A DNA stretch of 38,145 nt from Octopus bimaculoides (taxonomy: Eukaryota). The stretch's first letter is position 1, and each line of letters opens with the position of its first letter. The notes beneath the pieces were generated by a model. The model was not told the DNA's origin. It saw nothing but the letters and a program-made list of their open reading frames with translations, and made no database searches. The DNA lies in assembly GCF_001194135.2 (NCBI RefSeq), contig NC_068982.1, forward strand, positions 53,979,969-54,018,113. The letters run 5' to 3'. The position numbers and the translations under genes were made by a program. Shown one piece after another: positions 1 to 10,702 of the stretch.

Positions 1-518
1 CTCCTCCCCAACTTCTATTTTTTCTGGAAGTTGTTCAATTACAGCCTGTTCTCCTTGAATTAATAAGTGGACCGTGTGGCCTATCCAATATGGTTTTTCG
101 GTGACGGTAGCTTGAAGTATATTTACCTCATCTACCTTCTTTGCCAGGACCGCCGCCATCAACCACATTGGGTCAATTTGAGGTGGGACCTTTGTTATTT
201 TTACATTGGATGTCCTCATCCCCATGTAAATCGGTATTAAAATTATATCCTCGGTTTCCAAGGATTTTACAGAGTGCACTTGTGCAGATTCAATGTTTTT
301 TAAATGTACCTCAATGGTACCAAATTTCTTGCCTCTTGCTAGATAGGTAATGTCCTGCCAAATGAGCTTTAGACATTGTTCAATTCTTTCTTCGCTCACT
401 CGCTCGATCTTCCATTCTTTTTTGCAGTAAACTTTAAAAATAATTGGGGTTTTTTTTCTGTTAATAAAAATTCTTCCGGTGGTTGAACTTTGACAACACC
501 GTTTTCCATTTTTAACAT
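1..518 (-). pseudogene. ORF1-like (Gag-like) protein of a non-LTR retrotransposon, probably L1/Tx1-type; runs off the window edge
   Basis: Manual translation: 450->1 is stop-free for 150 codons (TPIIFKVYCKKEWKIERVSEERIEQCLKLIWQDITYLARGKKFGTIEVHLKNIESAQVHSVKSLETEDIILIPIYMGMRTSNVKITKVPPQIDPMWLMAAVL...EKIEVGEE). The likely start ATG at 518 (MLKMENGVVKVQPPEEFLLTEK) is out of frame across an A8 run at ~450-457. The LINE ORF1 assignment is from recalled resemblance, not a search. Confidence 0.55.
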
Positions 519-567
519 GTGTGTGTGCGACTGTGTGTGAACATACATAAATGTGGCCATAAGCTAA

Positions 568-698
568 GGTGTGGCTGTGTGGTGGTAAGAAACTTGGGTT
601 CAGTCCCACTGCGTGGCACCTTGAGCAAATATCTTCTATAGCCTCGAGCTGACTAAAGCCTTGTGAGTGGATTTGGTGGATGGAAACTGAAAGCTGTC
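568..698 (+). mobile_element. tRNA-derived CORE-like SINE (family 1), 5' half
   Basis: GTGGCTGTGTGG..GGTTCAGTCCCACTGCGTGGCACCTTGAGCAA..CCTTGTGAGTGGATTTGGT..GGAAACTGAAAG matches about 12 other copies in the window; followed by a TA microsatellite and a gap. Confidence 0.85.
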
Positions 699-935
699 AT
701 AAATATATATATGTATATNNNNNNNNNNNNNNNNNNNNNNNNNNNNNNNNNNNNNNNNNNNNNNNNNNNNNNNNNNNNNNNNNNNNNNNNNNNNNNNNNN
801 NNNNNNNNNNNNNNNNNNNNNNGTGTGTGTGTGTGTGTGTGTGTGTGCGTGCGTGCGTGTGTGTGCGTGTGTGAGGGGGAGAGAGAATTTGTGTGAAAGA
901 GAGAGAGTGCGTGTGTGTATGAGAGAGAAAGAGAA

Positions 936-972
936 AGTCAATCTCTAACATCTCAAATGTTAGAGATTGACT
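936..972. repeat. Perfect 16-bp inverted repeat (hairpin, 5-nt loop)
   Basis: AGTCAATCTCTAACAT-CTCAA-ATGTTAGAGATTGACT. Confidence 0.95.
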
Positions 973-1520
973 GTTTCAGTCTGGATAGTTTGTGGTTCAG
1001 TTCTCGATTGCTTGGGATGGGTGGAATGGGTGGTCTAGCTGGTACGTGGGAAATTTGCCGAGTGTGTTAATGGTGTTGTTGCTCTTTATCACCGATAGCC
1101 ATTTGAGTTGGTAGCTGTTCGGCAAAAGTTGGCTTCCAGGTCGAGTAAGGTGAATGAAAGATAAATTACAAAGTATGCTATTCGTACTTTTCATGAGGGC
1201 ACTAGCTGTTTTGGGCTATTAAAACAATTCTAGTAACGTTTGGAGTTCAATACAAGAGTATTACTGACAGTGGCTTCACAGTGTCGGCCAGCTGAGCCAT
1301 CGTCAGATTGTGATGTATTGAAATTTATCTTCACTTTATTTTGTACCTGTTGAGTTAAAAACTTCCTTAGGTATGTGGATTTGAGTGGAGTGGTAATCAG
1401 GTTATAGAGTAGGTTGTGATAAAGAGGTGCTTTGGGGAAATTTTGAGTAAATTTTGGGTTCTGTTTTGCTTGTGTAGAACTGTGTATTTAAGTGCTTACC
1501 CCTCAGATCTCGGAATTGTT
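957..1520 (-). mobile_element. Penelope-like element fragment (terminal-repeat region), copy 1
   Basis: 1253-1393 aligns without gaps (108/141 identical by hand count) to the reverse complement of 1907-2047. Minus strand carries CTGACGA-T-GGCT-CAGCT-GGCC-GACAC, a hammerhead-core-like motif typical of PLE termini. Boundaries are approximate. Confidence 0.5.
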
Positions 1521-1879
1521 TTTAGGGTTTAGCAAAAAAGATGTAGGTACGTAAAGGATGCACCAGTAGAACTCTTAAAACATTCCATTGCAAAAAAGTT
1601 GACACGTCCAATTACTAAGATTTTAAAAACTTAAATCCAATAAAACAAAAAATGACTAAGACTAGTGACACATCCTCTACCTACCTACAACCTTTTTAAA
1701 AAACAACCCATGATTTCAGAACCCATGCTTTTGAACCCATGTTTTAAAAAAAAACAACCTATGATCTGAAAGAAGCACGCCTAAATATACATATCTACTT
1801 ACAAAGTTCTACATGCATGTAAAAGTTCTATATCATAATGTAACCTCAAATTTAATCAACAAAATTTCTTCAAAACACT

Positions 1880-2075
1880 ATTCAATAACAACCCACCAAA
1901 TAACTGCCACTCCACTCAAACCTACATACCCGAGGAAGTCTTTATCTCAACAGTGACTATATAGAGCCAAGATTAACTTCAATGCACTGGAGTTCGACGA
2001 TAGCTTAATTGGCCGAAACTACGAAACCACTGTTAATAATACTCTTGTTTAAGAATAATAAATTTGTACCCTACA
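1880..2075 (+). mobile_element. Penelope-like element fragment, copy 2 (inverted relative to copy 1)
   Basis: Homologous to 1253-1393 in opposite orientation; TCGACGA-T-AGCT-TAATT-GGCC-GAAAC at 1994-2019. Confidence 0.5.
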
Positions 2076-2313
2076 AAAGTATAGAGCAATCCGTCAGATT
2101 AATGTAAAATTGTTTTAAGTATAGCTGAACATAGAAACAAACAAGTTATATATACAACCCAGGTACTTTTAAAAACATTAAGCATTTATTCCTTTCCACA
2201 AATGTTTGATGATTTGATGACTCAGCCAGAAACAGAAACTGGGAGGCGAAATCGTCTCCAGCAGCAGCTCGTAAAAAGTCGAAAAAGATGTAACTCGAAA
2301 CCACCTAAGTTAC

Positions 2314-2351
<38 letters not shown>

Positions 2352-2354
<3 letters not shown>

Positions 2355-2548
2355 TCAGTGTTTGTCGCCACCACCACCACGTGACAACCGGTAACTTAGC
2401 TGCTCGACAAAAGAGCCGATAGAATAATTACAAGGCTTAATAAAACATAAGTCCTGGAATCAATTTGTCCAACTAAAAAACCCTCCAAGGCCGTGTCCCA
2501 GCATAGCCGCAGTCATATAATTGAAAGAAGCAAGTGACTGAAAGATAA
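2352..2548 (+). mobile_element. Family 1 SINE, 3' half (degenerate)
   Basis: GTGTTTGTC..GACAACCGG..AACTTAGC..CAAAAGAGCCGATAGAATAA..CCCAGCATAGCCGCAGTC matches the 3' halves at 17760-17980 and 23290-23487. Confidence 0.8.
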
Positions 2549-2894
2549 TATATGTATGTATGTATGTATGTACGATGAGAAAGAGAGCTGCGAATGTAGT
2601 TGCGTATATCCATAAATAACTGCTGGGATTTTCTTTTCGTGTGTTTATTTACGTGAACGTGTGTTATGTGTAAACTAGAAATTAGTCATTATTATGACTA
2701 ACAGTCGAAATTACTATGACTAATAAGTCCGTCATTACAAAGTTGAGTGCATTAAATGCCCTTCGCTCTCATTTTGTCTCATCTCCGTCCATTCTGTGTC
2801 TGTGTTTAACTCACCCGCACTTGAACCAAATATACACATACATACATATAAGCATACACACACACACGCATATATATGCGCGCACTCACACACA

Positions 2895-2961
<67 letters not shown>

Positions 2962-3419
2962 NNNNNNNNNNNNNNNNNNNNNNNNNNNNNNNNNNNNNNN
3001 NNNNNNNNNNNNNNNNNNNNNNNNNNNNNNNNNNNNNNNNNNNNNNNNNNNNNNNNNNNNNNNNNNNNNNNNNNNNNNNNNNNNNNNNNNNNNNNNNNNN
3101 NNNNNNNNNNNNNNNNNNNNNNNNNNNNNNNNNNNNNNNNNNNNNNNNNNNNNNNNNNNNNNNNNNNNNNNNNNNNNNNNNNNNNNNNNNNNNNNNNNNN
3201 NNNNNNNNNNNNNNNNNNNNNNNNNNNNNNNNNNNNNNNNNNNNNNNNNNNNNNNNNNNNNNNNNNNNNNNNNNNNNNNNNNNNNNNNNNNNNNNNNNNN
3301 NNNNNNNNNNNNNNNNNNNNNNNNNNNNNNNNNNNNNNNNNNNNNNNNNNNNNNNNNNNNNNNNNNNNNNNNNNNNNNNNNNNNNNNNNNNNNNNNNNNN
3401 NNNNNNNNNNNNNNNNNNN

Positions 3420-3472
<53 letters not shown>

Positions 3473-3730
3473 GTGGCGCATGGAGATTGTGATTTCAATT
3501 CCTAGAGCGGGTGGTGAGTTGTTTTCAAGAGCAAAACACTTCATTTCACGTTGTTCTGCGATCTCTTCGACACCTGACGCGTGGTAGACCATGCACCTAT
3601 ACAGACAACGTCGATTTGATGGAGAGAGTGTACACGAACATCTGCAGCACGAACATCTGATCGCTATAAACAAATCATTTGTGCAGGTCGTTCGGCAGAA
3701 GCTGAACGGTCATACGTCGTCTTCGACGTA
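3473..3730 (+). mobile_element. Degenerate SINE with V-domain-like head and a distinct tail
   Basis: GATTGTGATTTCAATTCCTAGA..CAAGAGCAAAACACTTCATTTCACGTTG resembles the heads at 30957 and 31927-32222; the 3' part is unlike them. Confidence 0.5.
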
Positions 3731-3764
3731 TAATGTCAGCAATTTCGAGGACGGGGATAAATTG

Positions 3765-3990
3765 ATTACATCTACCCAAGTGTTCAACTAGTTTTCATTT
3801 CATTCTCCACCGAAAGTATGAAACGCAAATGTCGACCGTGGCAGAATTCGGTACTATATATTATCGAATCCGAAACGATGCACGGCAAATTTGCCACCGG
3901 TTGGATTTGAACTCAGAACGAACAGCTGGAAGAAATATTGCTAAACATTTTGTAAGGTGTGCTGATGAATCTACCAACTCGCCGCCTTTT
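3765..3990 (-). mobile_element. Nin/Deu-domain SINE (family 2), two overlapping partial copies
   Basis: Reverse complement gives AAGGCGGCGAGTTGGTAGA..GTTCTGAGTTCAAATCC and GTCGACATTTGCGTTTCATACTTTCGG. Confidence 0.7.
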
Positions 3991-4037
3991 TATGACGTGT
4001 CATAATAAGACGAAATAGCAATAGCAGGAATGATATA

Positions 4038-4228
4038 CAGGGTGTCCACAAAGTCTGGGTACATGAGATTTAAGAAATTATTATTTCTTACATGTAATTG
4101 TTTATATTATGATTTTATTTACTACATTTACCCACATGCGGATTAACACATACTTTAAGAAATTTTTATTTCTTATATTTAATTGTTTATATTATAATTT
4201 TATTTACCCAGATTTTGTGCACACCCTG
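4038..4228. mobile_element. 191-bp Tc1/mariner-type MITE
   Basis: 24-bp TIRs (CAGGGTGTCCACAAAGTCTGGGTA vs CAGGGTGTGCACAAAATCTGGGTA, 22/24), TA on both sides (4036-37, 4229-30), AT-rich interior with an 85-bp-period direct repeat. Confidence 0.92.
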
Positions 4229-4448
4229 TAGATCAGAGATCATAGTTCTTCTTATACAGTCCTCGCCTGGATTTGTGTACGTATTTACACAAGAACTGTA
4301 CTCGATTAAGGTATAATATTGATATTCATTAAATAGATCTTCTAAAGTGTACAAGACAAATTCAGCCTAGTTTATATATGAACTCATGCTTGTAGGGAAC
4401 GAAATCAAATGCCATAGGACAGTAGGAATGATGTCGGGATCAAAGATT

Positions 4449-4600
4449 ATCATCGAGTTCAAATCCCGTCAAAGGTCAGCACTACCTTTCAGTATTGCCT
4501 CCGGAGTCGAGAAATTAAAGTACAAATCAAGTACTGGGGTTGATGGCATCGGCTAAACAACCACCCTCATAATTCTTGGCTTTGTATCAAATTAGAAACC
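4449..4600 (+). mobile_element. Family 2 (Nin-domain) SINE, degenerate
   Basis: GAGTTCAAATCCCG..CCTTTCA..GGAGTCGAGAAATTAAAGTAC..TACTGGGGTTGAT. Confidence 0.65.
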
Positions 4601-4718
4601 AAAATTAAAATTCACATGAAAAAAAATTGTCTTAAGATGTTAGTAAGTAGTTTCAAATACCATAGAAGATAGAAAGAATATTTTCTTTCGTTATCTCATG
4701 TTGTTTACACTTCTAAAG

Positions 4719-4722
<4 letters not shown>

Positions 4723-4772
<50 letters not shown>

Positions 4773-5260
4773 GTGTGCGTGTGTGAGGGGGAGAGAGAAT
4801 TTGTGTGAAAGAGAGAGAGTGCGTGTGTGTATGAGCGAGAAAGAGAAAGTTTGTGCAAGACAGAGACAGAGTTTGTGTGCGTGTGTGTGAGTGTGTGTAA
4901 ATGTGTGAGAGAGAGTTTGTGTGTGCGTGGGAGAGAGTGTGTGTTTGTGTGTGAGGAAGAGAGAGAGGTTTGAGTGTGTTAGGTAGAGAGAGAGTGTTTG
5001 TTATGAGGGAGAGTGAGAGAGAAAGGGTATGTGTTGTGAGAGAGAGAAAGAGTTTGTGTGTGAGGGAGAGAAAGAGTGTTTATGTGTGTGAGGGAGAAAG
5101 AGAGAGAGAGGTTTGTGTGTTAGGGAGAGAGAGAGTTTGTATGAGAGAAAGAGAGTGTTTGCGTGTGTGAAGAAGTTAGAGACAGTGTGTGTGGTGTGTG
5201 TGTGTGTGTGTGTTTGTGTGTCTGTGTGCGCGCGTAGTATGCGTGTGTGTGTGTGTGTAA
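4723..5260. repeat. (GT)n/(GA)n compound low-complexity tract
   Basis: Long (GT)n grading into degenerate GAGAGAAAGAGTTTGTGTGT units. Confidence 0.9.
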
Positions 5261-5696
5261 AATAGTATAGATATATTTGGAACACTTGTTAATACAGTTT
5301 ACATTAAAAGTCATATTTTCGAAAAGTATGTACACGGTTTCAAATATCATGGAAGACAAGAAACAACAATTTCTTCTTTGTATTGCTTCACATTTAAAAT
5401 GTTTCTATGTAACTGAAATATCAAGGTTACATACTCCGTAAGTAAGACTGTAAAGTATATAAAAAAAAGTTAAAAGCGTAATAATGTCCTACATTTTAGA
5501 AGTATAAACATCCGGATGGATGAAAGCCGATGTTTGGCTGCGACGAGATTCGACATCAATGAATATTTTAATACCGACGTAATTCTAATCGATATACTGT
5601 CATATGGAGTTTGATTTCGTGTGCTACGAATATGGGTTCAAATGCTGACGACCGAATTTTTCAGATAAACTTTAGAAGATTGAATCAAAGAATATC

Positions 5697-6480
5697 AATA
5701 TTATACTTTAAACACAAGGCAGCGAACTGACAAAATTCTTAGCTCGACGGGCAAAATGCCTAATTACTTTGCCTTTCATCCTTCGGGGGCGATAAAATAA
5801 GTACTGGTTGAGCATTGGGGTCGAAGTAATCGACTTATCCCTTCACCCTAAATTGCTGGCCTTGTGCTAAAACTTGAAATTAATATTATACTTTAGACAT
5901 AAGGCGGCGTGCTGGTAGAATCGTTAGCACGTCCGGCAGAATGCTTAGCGGCATTTCGTCCGTCTTTACAATACTGAGCTCAAATTCCACCGAGGTTGAT
6001 TTGCCTTTCATCCTTTCAGAGTCGATAAAAGTACCAGTTGAGCCCTGGGGGTTGATGTAATCGGCTTTAACCCTTCCCCAAAATCGATGGCCTTGCGCCA
6101 AAATTTGAAACCAATATTATACCTTAAACCATGCTCAGCGCCATTTCTTCAGGCCCTTTATGTTTTGAGTTCAAATCCGCCGAGGTCAACTTTGCATTTC
6201 ATCCTTTAGGGGGTCAATTAAATAAGTATCACTTGAACACTGGTGTTGACGTAATCGACAAAACCCCTCCCTCAAATTTGAAGAATATTATACTTTGAGC
6301 CATGTTTAGCGGCACCTCATCCGTCTCTTTAGGATTTGAGTTCAAATCCGCCGAGGTTGACTTTGTCTTTCATCTTTATGGAGTAGATTGAATAAGTACC
6401 ATTTGAACACTAGAGTTGACGTGATCGACAAAATCCCTCTACCTGAAATTGCAGGCCTTGCACCAGAATTTGCAATATTT
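5697..6480 (+). mobile_element. Tandem array of four family 2 (Nin-domain) SINE units
   Basis: Units at ~5717-5880, 5902-6112, 6129-6283 and 6300-6472, each with a TTTG(C/T)(C/A)TTTCATC core and each preceded by AATATTATAC(T/C)TT (5697, 5882, 6113, 6284). Confidence 0.85.
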
Positions 6481-6734
6481 ATTATATCCGAATCGACTTC
6501 CTCTCTTCCATACAAAAGTTAGTATAATGCTTATGCCAGAATCTTGTTTTGTAGCTTGAACTTTCTTAAATGGCCCAAATAAAACAAAACAAAAAAAAAG
6601 AAAATTAAAAACGAACATTAATACAGCTATCGTAATGCAGGGATGCACGAGTAAGTTTTTAGGTGTCAGAGTTAATAAAATGATTACCATCCCCCATATC
6701 TTCTCTCTCAATACACACACATACACACACACGC

Positions 6735-6785
<51 letters not shown>

Positions 6786-7296
6786 ACACCCAAGCTGACT
6801 AATAGTTAGTTAAGACATTAACGGGATTATAGCCGACCATTACAACTATGTTTAATTGGTGCAATAAAACAAAATACTTTATTTAACAATGTGACAATGT
6901 ATTACACGGTTGCACAGTGCAGTTTGCATTCACTAATTATCATAAAATATAATTATCAAGTAAGTAAAGAAGACGGTAATCATGTATTTTGCCGAATTAA
7001 AAGTAATTACCTACTTACTAAATGCCATAAATTACAAGTGTCACAAAAATGTTCATAAACGGTCAGGCATAATTTGTGTTCAGAGAGAGAGAGTATAAAA
7101 CAGCTCTTGTCTTGGTGTCATCTACTGATCTGTGGTACACCAACCGTGATATGACATAAGCCTTAGGATCCCATTGACCTAAGGACGGACGTCTGTGTAG
7201 TTTAACAAATACGAGTGTTAAAATTTTTTCATGAGAATTCTTGATCACGTTGTTATTTTTTAAGTTTACAAAGATGATGTTTTCGTAGAGGTTTTA

Positions 7297-7470
7297 GAGC
7301 ATCGGATAAAATACTTTGAAGTGTTTCTACCACTTATTTATGTTCTGAGTTCAAATACCACCGAAGTCGACTTTACTTTTCATTCTTCTCGGGATCGTCA
7401 AAAATAGAGTATTAGTCAAGGATGTGTCATTATAAATGACCTAACCCAATCTGATGTTTGTAACCCTGTG
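7297..7470 (+). mobile_element. Family 2 SINE, degenerate
   Basis: GTTCTGAGTTCAAATACCACCGAAGTCGACTTTACTTTTCATTCTT. Confidence 0.7.
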
Positions 7471-7731
7471 TTTGTGCTCGAAATTATTAATTTTACATTA
7501 CTAATAGGAGTGAAATATATACAACTTAGTATTGGGCATAAATCGTATGTGATCCTTCATCATAAAAACTACGAAGTTATTAATTATAAAATATATGAGA
7601 GTATTGTAGTTCGCTTGAAGCATTGTGTATTGTTTGTAAAGAATAAAAAGCTTTGAATGGTACAACAATGCACTATAATACAAACAATGTGCTATATACC
7701 TGTTGTAATTTAGTCATCCATTGTCTATGAT

Positions 7732-7817
7732 ATTTCAGAATAAAATTCCTTCTTCAGATATTCTGAAAAACCGACTCCATCTAAGAATATCTGAAGGAAG
7801 GAATTTTATTCCGAAAT
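7732..7817. repeat. Near-perfect long inverted repeat (about 27-33-bp stem, 19-nt loop)
   Basis: 7738-7764 GAATAAAATTCCTTCTTCAGATATTCT pairs with 7784-7811 AGAATATCTGAAGGAAGGAATTTTATTC with one bulged base; it extends about 5 bp further with one mismatch. Confidence 0.93.
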
Positions 7818-9449
7818 CGTTATGGGCACCGAGTGTATGGCTAGTTAGTTTTGAACAGTCACAGAATTGTGAAAAGAAAATGAAATTATTGGTTTTGAAT
7901 AAAAAAATTAATGAGAAAAGGAGATGTGAGAGTGACTGAAAAACTTATGAAGGTCGATTGAAAAGACTATCGTTAGAGTAGTTACTATCGAACTTTTAAT
8001 TCTCAGTTTGAAACTTAAGTGGATGACAGGTGCACAAAATATTTTATTATGGAACCAAAAGAAATACACCCTTGAAGTCTCTGAAAAAGTTTTGACAATA
8101 GAATCGGTGTACATTATTGCGCTAGAGTTGCAAATATAATTAATTACGTAGTTATTATAAAAGTGAAAATTGGCTAGCATATCAAACAGAAAAGCGTCAA
8201 CAGTTTTGTTATCATTAACGAATTAAGCCTTAAAACTAGCCTAAAATATTACTTGAATCGTTAAAATAAGGAACGGATACCCATTTGTGCCCCTCGATCA
8301 ACTTGAACTGCCTTATCAGGAAGCTATAATTATTGCTAAGTGCTTATTGAACTGCTTCATACTTAAAAGTTTCAGATTACTTCTGTTGGTACATAGTTTA
8401 TACTCAAGCTTATCATCATTGGAAACAAACAGGGATAACTCACTTGCATTTTTGTTCATATTTTTTCAGTCCAAACAACTGAAAAGACTTATAAAACTGA
8501 TTCCAAAATATTATTACTTTCAGAACTGCACTTGGATTCGGCTGGAAAATTTGAGCCAGAAGCAAGTGCAACATAGCCTGTCACTTCTGTTATCAATTGC
8601 TTGTACCTTATTCATGTTACGCTCCTTAGTTCATCCGCGAAATAAAGAAGGTAATGTTGTTTGCTTAATTCACAGACCACCGATGTAATTTTATCAAGGC
8701 GATTGAGTTAGAGCAGGCAGCAGCGCAGATAGACTTAAAAAGTAGAAAAACTTTTTCCTTCTGAGGATTATCCTCGCCTTCAGAGTCTATAATAATCTCT
8801 TGCATAACTTACTTCGATTACAATCATGTATTAGCATCAGCTCTAGTGAAGAACAAAGCGCAAATATATACAACAAGAACTCCTGGAATGCAATTTTTTC
8901 TATACTTGGGTCTCTACTAGGCGTGGAAGTTGACATGTGACAAGGGACTCTTCTCACATGTGCCATCGATATTTTTCCAGCCAAATGCAATCTTTATCCC
9001 AATTAGGATAATTACTCCGAGATTAGCTATCACTGACGTAGAGCATCCTTTGTGGAACTCAGCTCCTCCGAGCTATGTAATATTGGAGTCAAATTAACTG
9101 CTGTAATCTACCGAAACTTACATCCCTCTAAGAGTACTTGATCTCCCTACATTATAGATTTATATAATTTTGTAATACATATCAACATCTAGGTATGATG
9201 GACAGTTAAATTCTGAAGCTTCGTCACAGTCAAAGGTCAAAGCCAGGTAGCAAATTCTAGCTACCCCTTCAAACAATGCTAGCCGCAAATTCTGTCACAT
9301 CTATCTCTTAGCCACGGGGATTACACGGATTTTTAATGCATCGTTTGACACACATACACACACCTATAAGTTTATAAGTGTGTTTGTGTGTGCGCATGTA
9401 TGTTTATATATTTGTCTCTGTGCGTCTCTGTGTGTGTGTATTGTGCATA

Positions 9450-9482
<33 letters not shown>

Positions 9483-9535
9483 NNNNNNNNNNNNNNNNNN
9501 NNNNNNNNNNNNNNNNNNNNNNNNNNNNNNNNNNN

Positions 9536-9980
9536 GGTAGAATTGTTATCACGCCGTTTAGAATCGCTAGCGACTATTCGACTGTCTTTACGTTCTGAGT
9601 TCAAATTCCACCGAGGTCGATTTGCCTTTCATCCTTTCGGGGTCGATTAAATAAGTACCAGTTGAGTACTGGAGTCGATATAATCAACTCACACCCTCCC
9701 ACAAAAACGGTGGCCTTGTGTCAAAATTTGAAACCAGTATTAAACTAAATAAAAAGCGGCGGGCTGGCAAAATCGTTACCTCATCGGGAAAAATTCTTAG
9801 CGGCACTTCGAACATGTTTACATCCTGAGCTAAAATAATGCCGTTGTCGACTTTGTATATTATATTTTCTGGGCCGATAAAATAAGTACCAGGTGAGCGC
9901 AGGGGACGATGCAATCGACTAAATCTCTCTACTTACCGAATTTTCTGGCCCCGTGCCAAAACTTGAAACCGATATTAAAC
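9536..9980 (+). mobile_element. Two tandem family 2 (Nin-domain) SINEs
   Basis: 9536-9745 near consensus (GCCTTTCATCCTTTCGGGGTCGATTAAATAAGTACCAG); 9755-9980 more diverged. Confidence 0.85.
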
Positions 9981-9997
9981 TGAAGGATCACACACAC

Positions 9998-10038
<41 letters not shown>

Positions 10039-10088
10039 CATGTATGTATGTATGTATGTATGTATGTATATACACACATGCATATGTG

Positions 10089-10154
<66 letters not shown>

Positions 10155-10582
10155 TTCATGCATATAAACATCTATACTTAAATGCTACACATACGTACAT
10201 ATATATTTACTCGTACAAAAGACATCATATCACACTAACAAGAAAACCATACCCGATGCCACCCCAAGAAAACAGTTTGTTCAATGGAAGACGCTGCCAA
10301 ATTTCACAGTTAACTTCTCTTTTCAGAGAAAAGTACGCGTTACTTTAATTAGATTTAGCACCCTCTATCATTTTGCTCAACCAATTCCCTTCGTCTACTC
10401 GTGGGAATTGCTCCAAATTAGAATCATTATCCCCTAAAGACTACACTTGTATAATTAAATTGTTTCAATTTTCCCAACTCATTCCTGCTCTAAAATTTTA
10501 ATTCTCTCTTACTACAGTGTGCGTGTACACACACACACACACACACACTCACACACACACACACAAACACGCGCATACACAC

Positions 10583-10621
<39 letters not shown>

Positions 10622-10702
10622 GCACGTGCATACATATATACACACATGCACAAATATACAGTGTGTATGTATGCGTGTGTATAATGTATATCAGTATATA
10701 TA

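Noticed and set aside
2682-2701. Short palindromes and hairpins (TTAGTCAT-TATT-ATGACTAA here; also 7156-7179, 17022-17035)
   Set aside because: Stems of 7-9 bp are expected by chance in 38 kb of AT-rich DNA.
5697-6480. Regularly spaced short repeat (AATATTATACTT) resembling a CRISPR array
   Set aside because: The spacers are 160-230-bp homologous SINE units, the context is eukaryotic and there are no cas genes.
7094-7100. TATAAAA box after a (GA)n run
   Set aside because: Such motifs are expected by chance in AT-rich DNA, and no downstream ORF or other support exists.
8287-8688. 133-aa plus-strand ORF
   Set aside because: TTG/GTG-type start, Leu/Ser/Phe-rich composition typical of non-coding frames, and no recognisable motif.
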